Source: Sphingorhabdus sp. (GTDB taxonomy: Bacteria; Pseudomonadota; Alphaproteobacteria; Sphingomonadales; Sphingomonadaceae). From it: a stretch of DNA of 64,000 nt. Shown here one piece after another: positions 48,898 through 60,577 of this stretch. Each line of letters begins with the position of its first letter. Position 1 is the first letter of the stretch. The stretch covers positions 7,154-71,153 of the forward strand of contig NZ_JBGSRI010000036.1 in the NCBI RefSeq assembly GCF_041737645.1, given 5' to 3'. The translations under genes and the position numbers were made by a program. Below the pieces are notes generated by a model, which made no database searches, was not told the origin of the DNA, and saw only the letters and a list, made by a program, of their open reading frames with translations.

Positions 48898-51198
48898 ATG
48901 ACTGCACGATCAAAAATTGTTGGCCTGACAAGGCCGATAGAAGCGACCGAACTGGCAACAGATTTGCCATACGCTGAAGGCATAGCGGACGGGTCCCCTT
49001 TCATTACGGACGCGGACCTCGAAGGTGGCGATCTCCAATCTGATTGGGACTATCCCAATTCAAGTGCAAGCAGCTGGAAGGAATATATAATTCCATTCAT
49101 TATCCTTGCACTTTCAGTGTCCTGGACCGCCTTTTTTGCTTTTGTATATTATGCAGAAGTGTCAGGTGGACTTGCGATAGAACGCCTGGTTTATCTGGCC
49201 AGTATGTGGGCGACGCCTATGTTGTTTTTGGCGGTTGGCTGGTTACTTACCATGCGGCACAGCAGCGCTGAATCAGTCCGCTTTGGCAATGTCGCCCTTT
49301 CTTTGAGGCAGGAGAGCATGGCTCTTGAGCGCAGAATGCGGACCGTCAATGAAGAAATTTCCATGGCACGTCAATTTCTGGCGCAAAATGCGCTTGAATT
49401 GGAATCCGTTGGAAAAAGGTCATCCCAACATTTGATTGAAGCGGCCGGAATATTGGCCGAGGCCTTGGCCGACAGCGACGAAAAGGCCAAGACTTTGGAA
49501 ACGGTCAGTAATGCCGCGACGACTAATTTAGAGCAGTTACGCAAACATTTGCCTGTCGTCACCAGCGCCGCCAAGGATGTGACAAACCAGATCGGTAGCG
49601 CAGGAAGCAATGCGCAGCTTCAAATCAAACTTTTAATTTCCGGCCTGGAGCGCATCAGCGAAGCCGGCATTTCGACGCGGGAATACATCGACCAGGTTGG
49701 TTCTCGTGCCGATGTTGTTTTCGAGAAACTCCACAAAATATCTCGTGAGAGTGCAGCAACCTTGGACCTTGCAAGTACCGAGAGCGAAAAACGGGCAGTT
49801 GTGTCAGCGGAACTTTTAAGCGGCGCCGCCGAAAATATGGTTCAAAAAGTTGGATCCACTCTAAATAATCTGGATCATTTCGTACAAGAAAGCGCGGAGA
49901 AAATCGGCAAAAATATATCTGAGGTCGAAAAGAGTCTCTCAGGACTTTCCCAACAATCGGAGGAAGAGAGAGGTCGGATTTTTGCTATTATTGGCGAAGT
50001 TGAAAAGCATTTAGGATTGAGCTCGGCTAGAATTACGGAAATTGACCAGGCCGCGACAGACCAGACGGCGAAGTTGGCGTTTGCCGTTTCCGCGCTAAGC
50101 GAAAGCTCACGGGCCGTAGGCGCTGATTTGAACAATAATCAGCATATAACGCAATCACTTATGGAGCTTTCAGGCCGGCTGTTAGCCGCCTTAAATGCAG
50201 TTAACGAGGAAATATCCAACAAAATCCCGGCATCAATTGCTATGATGGACACAAACTTTTCCGCGGCAGCAGAGCAACTTAGCGTCGCGTCAAATAGTGC
50301 GGGTGAACTTGATTCACTCAGCGAAGCACTGATCGACAAAACAAATATCCTTGGCAGCTTGATACATGACCAGCGCGAAAATGTTGAAAAAATTATGGCG
50401 GAAAGCGACGCACATTTTGTTGCTCGCCACGAACAAGTGGAAACACTTACTGCCGCACTTGCCGAAACGCGCACTGTACTTAACGCGGTTACGGAGGAAG
50501 CACAGTCCAAGTTGAACGACTCGCTTAACGGTTTGCGTGAAACTACAAAAAAGGCAGCTAGCGACAGCCGCGAGATCATAGATGCAGAGCTTGTTCATGT
50601 GGCAGACCGGTTGATTGAACAAAATCAACTGTCACTGGCCAAGGCCATCGACGGTCAAATCAAGTCAATGAATGATCTTGTTCAAACCGCCGTTGAACGA
50701 AATCTGTCCTTGTCTGAATCTTCGACTATCGCACTTACCTCGCAGATAAAGGAGCTAGACGAGCTCGCAAACAATCTCGAAAAGCGGGTTACCGAGAGCC
50801 GTAACAGCTTTGAAGGAATTGACGATGACAGCTTTTCTAGGCGGATGGTTTTGCTAACTGAATCATTGAATTCCACGTCTATTGACGTTGCCAAGATACT
50901 TTCCAACGAAGTTACAGATACCGCATGGGCCGCCTATCTAAAGGGTGACCGGGGCGTTTTCACTCGCCGAGCAGTTCGACTTCTGGACGCGGGTGAAACG
51001 CGAACTATTGCAACTCACTATGGACAGGACGCTGAATTTCGAGAGCATGTAAATCGCTACATTCATGATTTCGAAGCAATGATGCGGGTTTTACTTAGCA
51101 CGCGTGATGGCAATGCAATTTGTGTGACACTGCTGTCATCTGATGTCGGCAAGCTATATGTCGCGTTAGCACAGGCGATAGAACGACTCCGCAATTGA
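48898..51198 (+). CDS. membrane-anchored long coiled-coil protein (two N-terminal TM helices and about 640 aa of helical repeats)
   Basis: 766 aa with TM candidates at about residues 63-85 and 97-118. The remainder is Ala/Glu/Leu/Ser/Gln-rich with heptad-like, apolipoprotein-like character. The C-terminal roughly 110 aa is non-repetitive (AWAAYLKGDRGVFTRRAVRLLD...GKLYVALAQAIERLR). Confidence 0.75.
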   Translation: MTARSKIVGLTRPIEATELATDLPYAEGIADGSPFITDADLEGGDLQSDWDYPNSSASSWKEYIIPFIILALSVSWTAFFAFVYYAEVSGGLAIERLVYLASMWATPMLFLAVGWLLTMRHSSAESVRFGNVALSLRQESMALERRMRTVNEEISMARQFLAQNALELESVGKRSSQHLIEAAGILAEALADSDEKAKTLETVSNAATTNLEQLRKHLPVVTSAAKDVTNQIGSAGSNAQLQIKLLISGLERISEAGISTREYIDQVGSRADVVFEKLHKISRESAATLDLASTESEKRAVVSAELLSGAAENMVQKVGSTLNNLDHFVQESAEKIGKNISEVEKSLSGLSQQSEEERGRIFAIIGEVEKHLGLSSARITEIDQAATDQTAKLAFAVSALSESSRAVGADLNNNQHITQSLMELSGRLLAALNAVNEEISNKIPASIAMMDTNFSAAAEQLSVASNSAGELDSLSEALIDKTNILGSLIHDQRENVEKIMAESDAHFVARHEQVETLTAALAETRTVLNAVTEEAQSKLNDSLNGLRETTKKAASDSREIIDAELVHVADRLIEQNQLSLAKAIDGQIKSMNDLVQTAVERNLSLSESSTIALTSQIKELDELANNLEKRVTESRNSFEGIDDDSFSRRMVLLTESLNSTSIDVAKILSNEVTDTAWAAYLKGDRGVFTRRAVRLLDAGETRTIATHYGQDAEFREHVNRYIHDFEAMMRVLLSTRDGNAICVTLLSSDVGKLYVALAQAIERLRN

Positions 51199-51199
51199 A

Positions 51200-51475
51200 T
51201 TAGGTATTAGGCGGTGAAATAAGAAAGTCAAAGCTATCGCGTGTTATCCAACCATAGTTATAGTTCGCATAATAAAGAGCAAAAAGCACGGCTGAAAGAA
51301 TTGTTGTTCTTAGTATAATCACGCCGGGACGGAAATTTCCGGGCGCGCTATCTGCCTGACCGGGTATTGTTTCCAGACCCAATTCTTCATGTGTTTTTAC
51401 GCCTATTGGCAATATTACAAAAGCGCTCATCACCCAAAAAAGCAGATAAATCGCAATGATCGATGTCAAGCTCAT
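51200..51475 (-). CDS. DUF1467 family membrane protein
   Basis: 91 aa with two TM helices and the pattern IAIYLLFWVMSAFVILPIGVKT..E......G...SAP. In the usual alphaproteobacterial position downstream of the nuo/birA/rnj block. Confidence 0.7.
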   Translation of the reverse strand: MSLTSIIAIYLLFWVMSAFVILPIGVKTHEELGLETIPGQADSAPGNFRPGVIILRTTILSAVLFALYYANYNYGWITRDSFDFLISPPNT

Positions 51476-53115
51476 GCCGTTTCCAATATCATAACATCCA
51501 CAATCGGTTTTTTGCCGGTCCAGCTGGTCGCAACGCGGCGGACTGCTAATCTTACAGATTCTCGCAATTTTTCAAAGTCGCCCTTGTTTTCGCGAACCGC
51601 TTTAACAACAGCGTCGGTTGCATCATCAATGAAATCGGCCAAATCTTCTTCGATAGGAATTCCATGCAATCGTATTTGAGGATTACCCAATAATCGATCG
51701 TTGCCATCCAATGCGAACGCGACAGATATCAATCCATACCAGGAAAGCTTCCGCCGTTCGTTGATAGTGGCACCATCGGCCGAGATAATAGTGTCACCGT
51801 CGAGTATCAATCGACCCGTCCGTTCTTTTCCTACAATTTCAGGTTTTCCGGGAGCAAGGCGCACTACGTCACCATTGGATTGGACCAGCGTAGTTTTTAC
51901 ACCATGTGCTTTAGCAAATCTGGCCTGTTCCGCCATATGACGACGTTCACCATGTACAGGAACCAATACTGACGGCCTAATCCAATCATAAAGCATTGCC
52001 AATTCAGGCTGCCCTGGGTGACCGGATACATGCACATGCGCCTGCTTTTCGGTTACGGTTAGAATGTTTCGCTCGGCAAGTTTGTTCATGATGACACCAA
52101 TAGCGATTTCATTCCCGGGTATCTGTTTTGAAGAAAAGATAACGGTATCACCCTCTTCCAATTTAACCGGATGGTTGCCATCCGCAATCCGCGCCAGTGC
52201 AGCGCGCGCCTCACCCTGCCCGCCAGTTGCAACGACCATGACATCCTTAAGTGCCAGCCCGTTAACAGACTCCATATCGACCGTCTTTGGTAGGTCTTTC
52301 AGGTAGCCATTGGCTTGCGCGGCTTCGATAATGCGGTGCAAGGACCGGCCTGCGAAGCATAGGGTCCTGCCGGTTTCACGCGCGACTTCACCCATTGTCT
52401 GCAAACGCGCTGCGTTCGAGGCGAATGTCGTCAACAGCACACGTCCCTTTGCCGCCTTTACAGATTTCAAAAGATCCGCCTTCACACTGCCTTCGCTTCC
52501 GCTATTACCTGAATTAAACGCGTTGGTTGAATCGCATATCAGGGCCAATATACCGTCATTGCCGATCGCTGTGAGTTGTTCGGCGGTGGAAGGCATACCG
52601 ATAACCGGTTGCTCGTCTAATTTCCAATCGCCGGAGTGAAAAACCTTACCATATGGGGTTGATATAACACAGGCACTCATTTCCAGTATTGAGTGCGCCA
52701 GCGTGACGAACTGAAATCCGAATGGACCCAGATCGAAACTGCCTTCCATCGGGACAACATTGAGTTCGACGCTGTCGGCGATACCTTCTTCTTCCAGCTT
52801 GCCGCGTATAAGTGTCGCAGTGAAGGGCGACGCGTATAGCGGCACGCCAAGATCAGCGGCGAAATAGGCAACAGCGCCAATATGATCTTCATGCCCGTGC
52901 GTGAGAACTATACCCAGAAGATCGTCTTTACGCTGCTCGATAAAATCCAGATCAGGCAGAATTAAATCGATGCCAGGATATTCTGAATTTGCAAATGTCA
53001 GGCCGAGGTCAACCATAACCCATTTGCCCTGACATCCATATAAATTGACGTTCATGCCTATCTCGTTCGACCCGCCCAGTGCGAGGAAAAGAAGTTCATT
53101 TTTCGGGGTAGTCAT
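51472..53115 (-). CDS. rnj: ribonuclease J
   Basis: Metallo-beta-lactamase motif [10 protein letters not shown] and beta-CASP/RNA-metabolising motifs. 547 aa. Confidence 0.9.
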   Translation of the reverse strand: MTTPKNELLFLALGGSNEIGMNVNLYGCQGKWVMVDLGLTFANSEYPGIDLILPDLDFIEQRKDDLLGIVLTHGHEDHIGAVAYFAADLGVPLYASPFTATLIRGKLEEEGIADSVELNVVPMEGSFDLGPFGFQFVTLAHSILEMSACVISTPYGKVFHSGDWKLDEQPVIGMPSTAEQLTAIGNDGILALICDSTNAFNSGNSGSEGSVKADLLKSVKAAKGRVLLTTFASNAARLQTMGEVARETGRTLCFAGRSLHRIIEAAQANGYLKDLPKTVDMESVNGLALKDVMVVATGGQGEARAALARIADGNHPVKLEEGDTVIFSSKQIPGNEIAIGVIMNKLAERNILTVTEKQAHVHVSGHPGQPELAMLYDWIRPSVLVPVHGERRHMAEQARFAKAHGVKTTLVQSNGDVVRLAPGKPEIVGKERTGRLILDGDTIISADGATINERRKLSWYGLISVAFALDGNDRLLGNPQIRLHGIPIEEDLADFIDDATDAVVKAVRENKGDFEKLRESVRLAVRRVATSWTGKKPIVDVMILETA

Positions 53116-53897
53116 ATTTTCTTTTCTCGATTCCTGTATAAATACGCCAGCCCCCGCAGCGTCAAATCCGGTTCTACCCGGTCAAATAAATGGCCATGTT
53201 GCTGAAAAAGAATGGCAAGACCACCGGTAGCGATGACCGTAACCGGATTGCCAATTTCAGCCTTCATCCGTGCGATCATCCCTTCGATCATCGCCACATA
53301 GCCCCAATAGATACCAATCTGCATTTGTCCAACAGTTGTCGTACCAATTACACTTTCATTCGGTGGCGGTTCGATTGCAATACGCGGCAACATAGCGGCA
53401 GCGGCATAAAGTGCATCCAGACTGAGATTAACTCCGGGGGCAATGCTGCCGCCGCGATACGATCCATCTGGGCCGATATAGTCAAATGTTGTTGCGGTAC
53501 CAAAGCTGATAACCAACTTATCCCCTGTGGCAATAGCCTGGGCAGCGATTGCGTTTACGGCGCGGTCCGCACCAACGGACTTTGGTTCAGCTACCTGTAG
53601 CTCAATGCCCCATTCCATTGTGCCACGCCCCGCGACCAAAGCTTCACAACCAAAATAATTAACGGCCAATAATTGCAAATTGTGCAGCGCGCGTGGTACC
53701 ACTGTGGCAATAATGACCGCGTTGACGTCACTTCTTTGGAAACCCGACATCTGGATCAATTGATCGAGCCAAACCGCATATTCGTCCGCGGTACGACGCG
53801 CGTCGGTGGCTATGCGCCAGCGCTTCACAAGCGCCCCGCTTTCGTCGACCAGCGCGAATTTAACGTTGGTGTTGCCGGTATCAATTGCGAGCAGCAT
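53112..53897 (-). CDS. coaX: type III pantothenate kinase
   Basis: [20 protein letters not shown] and ATGG motifs. Overlaps the rnj start. Confidence 0.9.
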   Translation of the reverse strand: MLLAIDTGNTNVKFALVDESGALVKRWRIATDARRTADEYAVWLDQLIQMSGFQRSDVNAVIIATVVPRALHNLQLLAVNYFGCEALVAGRGTMEWGIELQVAEPKSVGADRAVNAIAAQAIATGDKLVISFGTATTFDYIGPDGSYRGGSIAPGVNLSLDALYAAAAMLPRIAIEPPPNESVIGTTTVGQMQIGIYWGYVAMIEGMIARMKAEIGNPVTVIATGGLAILFQQHGHLFDRVEPDLTLRGLAYLYRNREKKI

Positions 53898-53911
53898 AGT
53901 CAGTCCTCTGC

Positions 53912-54601
53912 TTAAACAAGAAAAACATCGGCAGCATGAATGGCATGGATCGTCCCATCCGCCAAGCGAAGCTGAAGCGCACCCTCTGCTGTTAGCCCGG
54001 CGTAAAGTCCTTCTTCACGCTCGCCATTGGGCAATTGCACCGAAAGCGCCGTTCCGACTGGATGGGCCGCCTTTTGCCAATGGGTCGTCAGCGTTTGAAC
54101 ACCATATTGACGCCACCGCCCCATCCAGATTGCCATGTTAGAGGCTAAAATCTCGGTGACGGCCTGCGGATGTGGCGGCAGGATGACGAGCGTCTTGAGA
54201 TCGGTGGTAAGTCGCCCCGGAATCTCGGGTGACGAAGTCAGATTGATGCCAATGCCGACCACAACCGCGTCGCCTTTCCGTTCAAGCAATATGCCACACA
54301 GCTTTGCACCGTCGGCGGAGAGCAAATCATTGGGCCATTTGATCTGCACCGCGCATTCCGGCGCGATCAAGTGAAGTGTATCGTAAACCGCCAAGGCAGC
54401 GACAAAAGCCAATGTGGGAGCCTGTGGGTCGGAAGGTTGCAGACGAACTATCGTGCTGGCGAACACATTACCGGCAGGACTTTCCCAGTTGCGTCCCATA
54501 CGCCCACGGCCGCCGTCCTGCGCATCGGCACGTAGCCAAAGACCCTCCGGCGCTCCTGCGGCCGCGCGTTGCAGCAGGTCGTCGTTGGTCGACCCGGTCA
54601 A
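53912..54601 (-). CDS. birA: biotin--[acetyl-CoA-carboxylase] ligase (group I, no HTH)
   Basis: STNDDL and GRGRMGRNW motifs. The ORF begins with TTG at 54601, only 24 nt from the nuoN stop. The true start is uncertain because the STN motif lies unusually close to the N-terminus. Confidence 0.8.
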   Translation of the reverse strand: MTGSTNDDLLQRAAAGAPEGLWLRADAQDGGRGRMGRNWESPAGNVFASTIVRLQPSDPQAPTLAFVAALAVYDTLHLIAPECAVQIKWPNDLLSADGAKLCGILLERKGDAVVVGIGINLTSSPEIPGRLTTDLKTLVILPPHPQAVTEILASNMAIWMGRWRQYGVQTLTTHWQKAAHPVGTALSVQLPNGEREEGLYAGLTAEGALQLRLADGTIHAIHAADVFLV

Positions 54602-54624
54602 TGCAACTTCTTCAAAAATGGGAT

Positions 54625-56067
54625 TCAGAACAGCGCCTTTGCAGCTTGCGCCGAGAGCGCCCCCAGAACCGGTATAGCCAGATAGCCGAGCGGCGAAACC
54701 GCCGCGGCCATTATGCCGCCAGTCCAGCTCAACACCACGTCGTCAGAAGGCGCAATCACATCGGCTGCGTCGTCAAAATACATTACTTTTACGACCTTCA
54801 GATAGTAGAAGGCCCCAATTACCGAAGCGGCAATACCGATAACCGCGAGCGGAAGCAGGTTGGCAGCCACAGCAGCCTGAAACACCACCAGCTTGCCCCA
54901 GAATCCAAATAGCGGCGGAATGCCAGCCAGACTGAACATGAAAATGGCAAAGACTGCGGCCAAAGCGGGACGGGTTTTCGACAAGCCAGCGATATCCCCG
55001 AATGTTTCCCGATAGGACCCGTCATGCGCCTTCAGCTGCATCAGCACGATAAAGCTGCCGAGCGTCATCGCGACATAGATTGCGAGGTAGACCAGCATAC
55101 CGGCAACCCCCTGCTCGGTCCCTGCAGCAAGGCCGATAAGGATGAAGCCGATATTGTTGATGGAGCTATAGGCCAGCAGACGCTTCAAATTCTGCTGACC
55201 GATCGCGCCTACGGCACCAATGATGATCGACATCAAAGCCACAACGATAACAATCTGCTGCCAGACCATCACTTCGTTCCCGAATGCCTCAATAACCACC
55301 CGAATCAGCAATGCTGTGGCCGCAACCTTGGGGGCGCTGGCAAAAAAAGCGGTCACCGGGGTCGGTGCACCTTCGTACACATCAGGCGTCCACATATGGA
55401 ATGGCGCAGCGCTGATCTTGAAAGCAAGGCCGGACAATACGAAAACTATGCCGAAAATCATCCCAAGGCTTATGTCGCCGTTCAGGGCCGTACCGATCGC
55501 GCTAAAGCTAGTCGAACCAGTAAAGCCGTAAAGCAGCGACATGCCGAACAGCAAAATGCCGCTCGCCAACGCGCCGAGTACGAAATATTTTAAACCTGCT
55601 TCAGCCGAGCGCCCGTCATATCGCGCAAAACTCGCAAGGACGTAAGCTGCCAAGCTGTTGAGTTCGAGCCCGATATAGAGCGTCACCAGATCCGTTGCGG
55701 AAACCATGATGCCCATGCCAATAGCCGCAAGCAGGATCAGGACAGGATATTCCGCCCGCATGGCGCCGACTTTTTCAAGGAAGCGCGGGGCAATCATCAA
55801 CGAAATTGCCGCGGCGAAATAAATCAAAATCTTTGCAAAATTGCCGAACGCATCGTTGCCGATCAATCCGTCAAACGCCAAAGCATCGGTACCCGTCGCC
55901 ATAAATTGCACGACATAAGCACCCGCCCCGACCAGCGCGGCAACTGCCAAAATGCTCGCCAACCGACCAGCCTCGCTCCGCCATGCGGCGAGGAGCAGCA
56001 AAACCAGTGCCGAAAAACTGAGAATGACCTCGGGGCGAACGAGGAAAAGCGAAGCGTTAAGGTCCAT
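54625..56067 (-). CDS. nuoN: NADH-quinone oxidoreductase subunit N
   Basis: 480-aa antiporter-like subunit, last gene of the nuo block. Confidence 0.95.
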   Translation of the reverse strand: MDLNASLFLVRPEVILSFSALVLLLLAAWRSEAGRLASILAVAALVGAGAYVVQFMATGTDALAFDGLIGNDAFGNFAKILIYFAAAISLMIAPRFLEKVGAMRAEYPVLILLAAIGMGIMVSATDLVTLYIGLELNSLAAYVLASFARYDGRSAEAGLKYFVLGALASGILLFGMSLLYGFTGSTSFSAIGTALNGDISLGMIFGIVFVLSGLAFKISAAPFHMWTPDVYEGAPTPVTAFFASAPKVAATALLIRVVIEAFGNEVMVWQQIVIVVALMSIIIGAVGAIGQQNLKRLLAYSSINNIGFILIGLAAGTEQGVAGMLVYLAIYVAMTLGSFIVLMQLKAHDGSYRETFGDIAGLSKTRPALAAVFAIFMFSLAGIPPLFGFWGKLVVFQAAVAANLLPLAVIGIAASVIGAFYYLKVVKVMYFDDAADVIAPSDDVVLSWTGGIMAAAVSPLGYLAIPVLGALSAQAAKALF

Positions 56068-57632
56068 TAGTGGAGGCTCCCCTCAGCCTTGTTCTTTTCT
56101 TCATTATGGCTCCCGACCCGATATTTCGAAGTGGTAGGATCATTGGCCTTCAATTTACTGTCACCTAATGGTGCAGCACGTTCAATCCGTGCGACAATGG
56201 TCGCAACGTCGCTGCGTATCGGAGCAAGGAAGCTTTCGGGATAGACCCCCATCCACAGCACCACTGCTGCAATGGGTGCGAGAAGCCACATTTCTCGACC
56301 GTCAATGTCAGGCATCGCCGCCGCATCAGCATTTTTCTGCTCACCAAAGGCGATACGGCGATAGAGAAAGAGCATATAGCCTGCGCCCAAAATGATACCG
56401 GTTGTCGCAATCAAGGTCGCCCACGTCGATACCTTATACGCGCCCGCCAGAGACAGGAACTCACCCACAAAACCACTGGTTCCGGGTAGTCCCACACTCG
56501 CCATCGTAAAGAGCATAAACAGCAGCGCATATTTGGGCATGTTGATACTCAAACCGCCATAACGGCTGATTTCGCGCGTATGCAGCCGGTCGTAAATCAC
56601 ACCGACGCACAGGAATAGCGCGCCTGACACCAGCCCATGGCTAAGCATCACGATAATCGCACCCTCGATACCCTGCTGATTAAAAGTGAACAGGCCGACG
56701 GTCACAATCGCCATATGGGCGACGGACGAATAGGCGATCAGTTTCTTCATATCGTTTTGCACAAGCGCGACCAGAGATGTGTAAACCACCGCGACCATCG
56801 ACAGGCCGAAAACCAGCGGAATGAAATCGGCGCTGGCCTCCGGGAACATCGGCAGCGAAAAACGCAGGAAGCCATAGCCACCCATTTTCAACAAAACGCC
56901 CGCCAGAATGACCGAACCGGCAGTTGGCGCCTGAACGTGGGCATCGGGCAACCATGTGTGCACCGGCCACATCGGCATTTTGACCGCGAAACTTGCGAAG
57001 AATGCCAGCCACAGCCATTTCTGCGCCTCAACCGGGAAATCGGAGTTGAGCAGCGTCGGAATATCGGCGGTTCCGGCGGTCTGGATCATCCACAACATGG
57101 CGATCAACATCACGACCGAGCCAAGCAGGGTGTAGAGGAAGAATTTATATGAAGCGTAAATCCGCTCTGCTCCGCCCCAGATGCCGATAATCAAATACAT
57201 CGGGATCAATCCGGCTTCGAAGAAAATATAGAACAGCAGCAGATCCTGCGCCGCGAAAACGCCGATCATCAGCGTTTCCATAAGCAGGAACGCCGCCATA
57301 TATTCACCGACACGGCTTTGAACCGCGCGCCAGCTTGCCCCGATACAGATCGGCATGAGGAATACCGACAGCATGATGAGCATCAGGGAAATACCGTCAA
57401 TACCCAGCTTCCAGCCAACGGGGCCGAAAAATTGCTGGCTTTCAACGAATTGCCACTGCGCGCCTGCTGGATTGTAGCTGACCCACAGCCATACGCCCAA
57501 TGCCAGATTGAGCAGCGTTGCTCCGAGCGCCAAGAGGCGGGCGGTTTCGGCGCGCGCAAACAGACAGGCGATTGCGGCTACCATTGGGATAGCCAGCATG
57601 ATCGAGAGAATTGGCAGTGCTGAGGCGTTCAT
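56067..57632 (-). CDS. nuoM: NADH-quinone oxidoreductase subunit M
   Basis: 521-aa antiporter-like subunit ([15 protein letters not shown]), in syntenic position. Confidence 0.95.
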   Translation of the reverse strand: MNASALPILSIMLAIPMVAAIACLFARAETARLLALGATLLNLALGVWLWVSYNPAGAQWQFVESQQFFGPVGWKLGIDGISLMLIMLSVFLMPICIGASWRAVQSRVGEYMAAFLLMETLMIGVFAAQDLLLFYIFFEAGLIPMYLIIGIWGGAERIYASYKFFLYTLLGSVVMLIAMLWMIQTAGTADIPTLLNSDFPVEAQKWLWLAFFASFAVKMPMWPVHTWLPDAHVQAPTAGSVILAGVLLKMGGYGFLRFSLPMFPEASADFIPLVFGLSMVAVVYTSLVALVQNDMKKLIAYSSVAHMAIVTVGLFTFNQQGIEGAIIVMLSHGLVSGALFLCVGVIYDRLHTREISRYGGLSINMPKYALLFMLFTMASVGLPGTSGFVGEFLSLAGAYKVSTWATLIATTGIILGAGYMLFLYRRIAFGEQKNADAAAMPDIDGREMWLLAPIAAVVLWMGVYPESFLAPIRSDVATIVARIERAAPLGDSKLKANDPTTSKYRVGSHNEEKNKAEGSLH

Positions 57633-59635
57633 TATGCTTTCACCATCATCCAGCTCACCGCTGCTACAAGGCCCAAAAGCATGACCAGCGCATAGGTGTA
57701 AAGATATCCAGACTGCATCCGCACAGCCATCCGGCTGCTGAAGTTTACTAACGCGGCTGAACCATTGGGACCATATTTATCAATGATGCCAATGTCCCCT
57801 TGCTGCCAGAAAAGGCGGCCAAGCCAGAAGGCCGGACGGACGAAAATCAGGTTATAAAGCTCGTCAAAATACCATTTATTGAGGAAGAAACGGTATAGCG
57901 GGGCGAACATAGTTGCGACCTTGTGCGGCGCATCGTCGGAGCGCTGGTACATCAAATATGCAACGGTAAGGCCGGTCAGCATGGCGACGGTTGACGACAA
58001 CTTTACCCACAGTGGCACTTCATGCATGGCGTGCATCAAATGTTCGTTGAAATAGAGGGTGCTGTTGGCCCAGAACTCTTTGCCGGTTTCCGCCTCGATA
58101 AATCCACCATGGAATAGAAAACCTGCGAATACAGCGCCAAGAGTCAATACGCCCAGCGGTATGAGCATGGACAGCGGGCTTTCATGCGGATGGTAACCGC
58201 CCGTTGAATCTTCGGCCGTTTCGGGCGTCTTGTGGACGCTGTGCTGGATATGCTCGCTCTGGATCCAGCGCGGCTTTCCGAAGAAGGTCAGGAACATCAA
58301 GCGCCAGCTGTAGAAGCTGGTCAGCAACGCGGCGATAACACCGATAGCAAAGCCGTACATATGATAGGTCGATCCGCTGGCGAAGGCAGCCTCGATAATT
58401 GCATCCTTGGAATAGAAACCCGCAAATCCGCCAACACCGACAATGCCGACGCCGGTAATGGCCAGCGTTCCCGCCATCATCGCCCAGAAGGTGACCGGTA
58501 TATGTTTCCGCAAGCCACCATAATAACGCATATCCTGTTCATGGTGCATGGCATGGATCACCGATCCCGCGCCCAGGAACAGCAACGCCTTGAAGAAAGC
58601 GTGTGTGAACAGATGGAACATCGCCGCGCCATAGGCGCCTGTACCCGCGGCAAAGAACATATAGCCGAGTTGCGAACAGGTCGAATAGGCAATCACGCGC
58701 TTGATATCGGTCTGAACCAGACCGACAGTAGCCGCGAATATCGCCGTCGTCGCGCCGACAATCGTCACAACGTCGAGGGCAAACTGGCTCGTTTCGAACA
58801 AGGGCGACAGGCGGCAGACCATGAACACCCCGGCGGTTACCATGGTTGCCGCATGGATCAGCGCAGACACAGGTGTCGGCCCTTCCATCGCGTCGGGAAG
58901 CCATGTGTGCAGGCCCAACTGCGCCGATTTGCCCATTGCGCCGATGAACAACAGAACGCAGAGCAAGCTCATCGTATCGACGCGGTAGCCGAGGAAACCG
59001 ATGCTCGAACCTACTTTATCCGGCGCAGCGGCCAAAATATCGGGGATCGAAACCGTTCCGAACAGCCAGAACACGCCGAAGATACCGAGCATGAAACCCA
59101 AGTCACCTACACGGTTGACGACAAACGCTTTGATCGCGGCGGCGTTGGCGCTGGGCTTTTTGTACCAGAAACCGATTAGCAGATAGGATGCAAGGCCCAC
59201 GCCTTCCCAACCAAAGAACATTTGGACAAGATTGTTTGCGGTCACCAGCATGAGCATCGCGAAGGTAAAGAGCGACAAATAGGCAAAGAACCGCGGTTGG
59301 TCCGGGTCTTCTTCCATATAGCCCCAGCTATACAGATGTACGAGCGCGGATACCGTGGTGATAACCACAAGCATAACCGCGGTAAGTGCATCGACGCGCA
59401 GTTCCCAGTCAAAAGCAAGTGTGCCCGATTGCACCCAAGTCATAACAGGTTCAACGTAAGCCTTTTCGCCGCCGGTCAGAAAGCCGATGAAAATCGGCCA
59501 GCTGAGAAGGCAGGCGGTAAACAGACCGGCGGTCGTGATCGTCTTGGCCGCAACCGCACCGATGAAACGCTGGCCAAGGCCCGCGATCAGTGCTGCCAGA
59601 AGCGGCAGGAAAACGATAATATGTATCGAAGTCAC
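57632..59635 (-). CDS. nuoL: NADH-quinone oxidoreductase subunit L
   Basis: 667-aa antiporter-like subunit with a C-terminal lateral-helix extension ([22 protein letters not shown]). Confidence 0.95.
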   Translation of the reverse strand: MTSIHIIVFLPLLAALIAGLGQRFIGAVAAKTITTAGLFTACLLSWPIFIGFLTGGEKAYVEPVMTWVQSGTLAFDWELRVDALTAVMLVVITTVSALVHLYSWGYMEEDPDQPRFFAYLSLFTFAMLMLVTANNLVQMFFGWEGVGLASYLLIGFWYKKPSANAAAIKAFVVNRVGDLGFMLGIFGVFWLFGTVSIPDILAAAPDKVGSSIGFLGYRVDTMSLLCVLLFIGAMGKSAQLGLHTWLPDAMEGPTPVSALIHAATMVTAGVFMVCRLSPLFETSQFALDVVTIVGATTAIFAATVGLVQTDIKRVIAYSTCSQLGYMFFAAGTGAYGAAMFHLFTHAFFKALLFLGAGSVIHAMHHEQDMRYYGGLRKHIPVTFWAMMAGTLAITGVGIVGVGGFAGFYSKDAIIEAAFASGSTYHMYGFAIGVIAALLTSFYSWRLMFLTFFGKPRWIQSEHIQHSVHKTPETAEDSTGGYHPHESPLSMLIPLGVLTLGAVFAGFLFHGGFIEAETGKEFWANSTLYFNEHLMHAMHEVPLWVKLSSTVAMLTGLTVAYLMYQRSDDAPHKVATMFAPLYRFFLNKWYFDELYNLIFVRPAFWLGRLFWQQGDIGIIDKYGPNGSAALVNFSSRMAVRMQSGYLYTYALVMLLGLVAAVSWMMVKA

Positions 59636-59642
59636 TGGATGT

Positions 59643-59948
59643 TCACCCCTTCATCCGGTTGACATCGTCAACGGCAATTGTGCCGCGACCACGGAAATAG
59701 ATAACCAATATTGCCAGACCAATCGCCGCCTCGCTTGCGGCGACGGTCAGAACGAACATCGCAAAAATCTGTCCGGTCAGGTCACCCAAGAAGGCGCTGA
59801 AGGCCACCAGGTTGATGTTCACGGCCAGTAAGATCAGCTCAATCGCCATCAAGATGATGATGACATTTTTGCGGTTCAGGAAGATGCCGAGCACGCCCAT
59901 CACAAACAGGATGGAGCTGACCACCAGATAATGTTCGATGCCTATCAC
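59643..59948 (-). CDS. nuoK: NADH-quinone oxidoreductase subunit K
   Basis: 101 aa with three TM helices, in syntenic position. Confidence 0.95.
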   Translation of the reverse strand: MIGIEHYLVVSSILFVMGVLGIFLNRKNVIIILMAIELILLAVNINLVAFSAFLGDLTGQIFAMFVLTVAASEAAIGLAILVIYFRGRGTIAVDDVNRMKG

Positions 59949-60565
59949 AGTTCGACCCCCTGCCCGACCGGCTGATTCACATTGCGCGTCGCATCTTGCG
60001 GACGGCGCATATTCTGGCTGTTGATATTCTGACCCTTTGTTCCGTGGCTTCGGCGGTGGGTCAGAACAATCGCACCCACCATGGCGACGAGCAGGATCAG
60101 ACCGGCGCTTTCAAACAGGAAGATATATTTGCTGTAGAGCAGGTTCCCGATAGCCTCGATATTCGGCACGCTGTTGGAAACCGTCGCCGGTCCAGCTTCT
60201 GGTGTTCCAAGCTTGACCGCTCCTGCGCGATACGCACCGACGCCGAGAATGAGTTCGGCCACCAGTATGACCGCGAGCAACAGCCCGAGTGGTACGTTTT
60301 TGACAAATCCCGCGCGCAGTTCGGCAAAGTCGATGTCGAGCATCATGACAACAAATAGGAACAGCACCGCGACCGCGCCGACATATACGATCACGAGCAG
60401 CATCGCGATAAATTCCGCGCCAATCAGGACCATCAGTCCCGCCGCGTTGAAAAAGGCAACAATCAGCCACAACACGCTGTGCACCGGATTGCGCGCGAAG
60501 ATCACCATCGCAGCAGACGCGATAAGGATACTGGCAAAGAGGTAAAATGAAATGACTTGAATCAC
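59945..60565 (-). CDS. nuoJ: NADH-quinone oxidoreductase subunit J
   Basis: 206-aa membrane subunit, in syntenic position. Confidence 0.9.
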   Translation of the reverse strand: MIQVISFYLFASILIASAAMVIFARNPVHSVLWLIVAFFNAAGLMVLIGAEFIAMLLVIVYVGAVAVLFLFVVMMLDIDFAELRAGFVKNVPLGLLLAVILVAELILGVGAYRAGAVKLGTPEAGPATVSNSVPNIEAIGNLLYSKYIFLFESAGLILLVAMVGAIVLTHRRSHGTKGQNINSQNMRRPQDATRNVNQPVGQGVEL

Positions 60566-60577
60566 AATCCGCGCCCC

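Noticed and set aside
43300-53900. Treating the AT-richer stretch as a horizontally acquired genomic island.
   Set aside because: The stretch includes the core genes gltA, rnj and coaX in conserved synteny. It has no flanking tRNA, integrase or direct repeats. It is kept only as a low-interest compositional note.
58232-59179. 315-aa plus-strand ORF inside nuoL, with similar ones inside nuoN, nuoM and nuoH.
   Set aside because: These are antisense to conserved complex I subunits. The translations are charged and low in complexity, so they are shadow ORFs.
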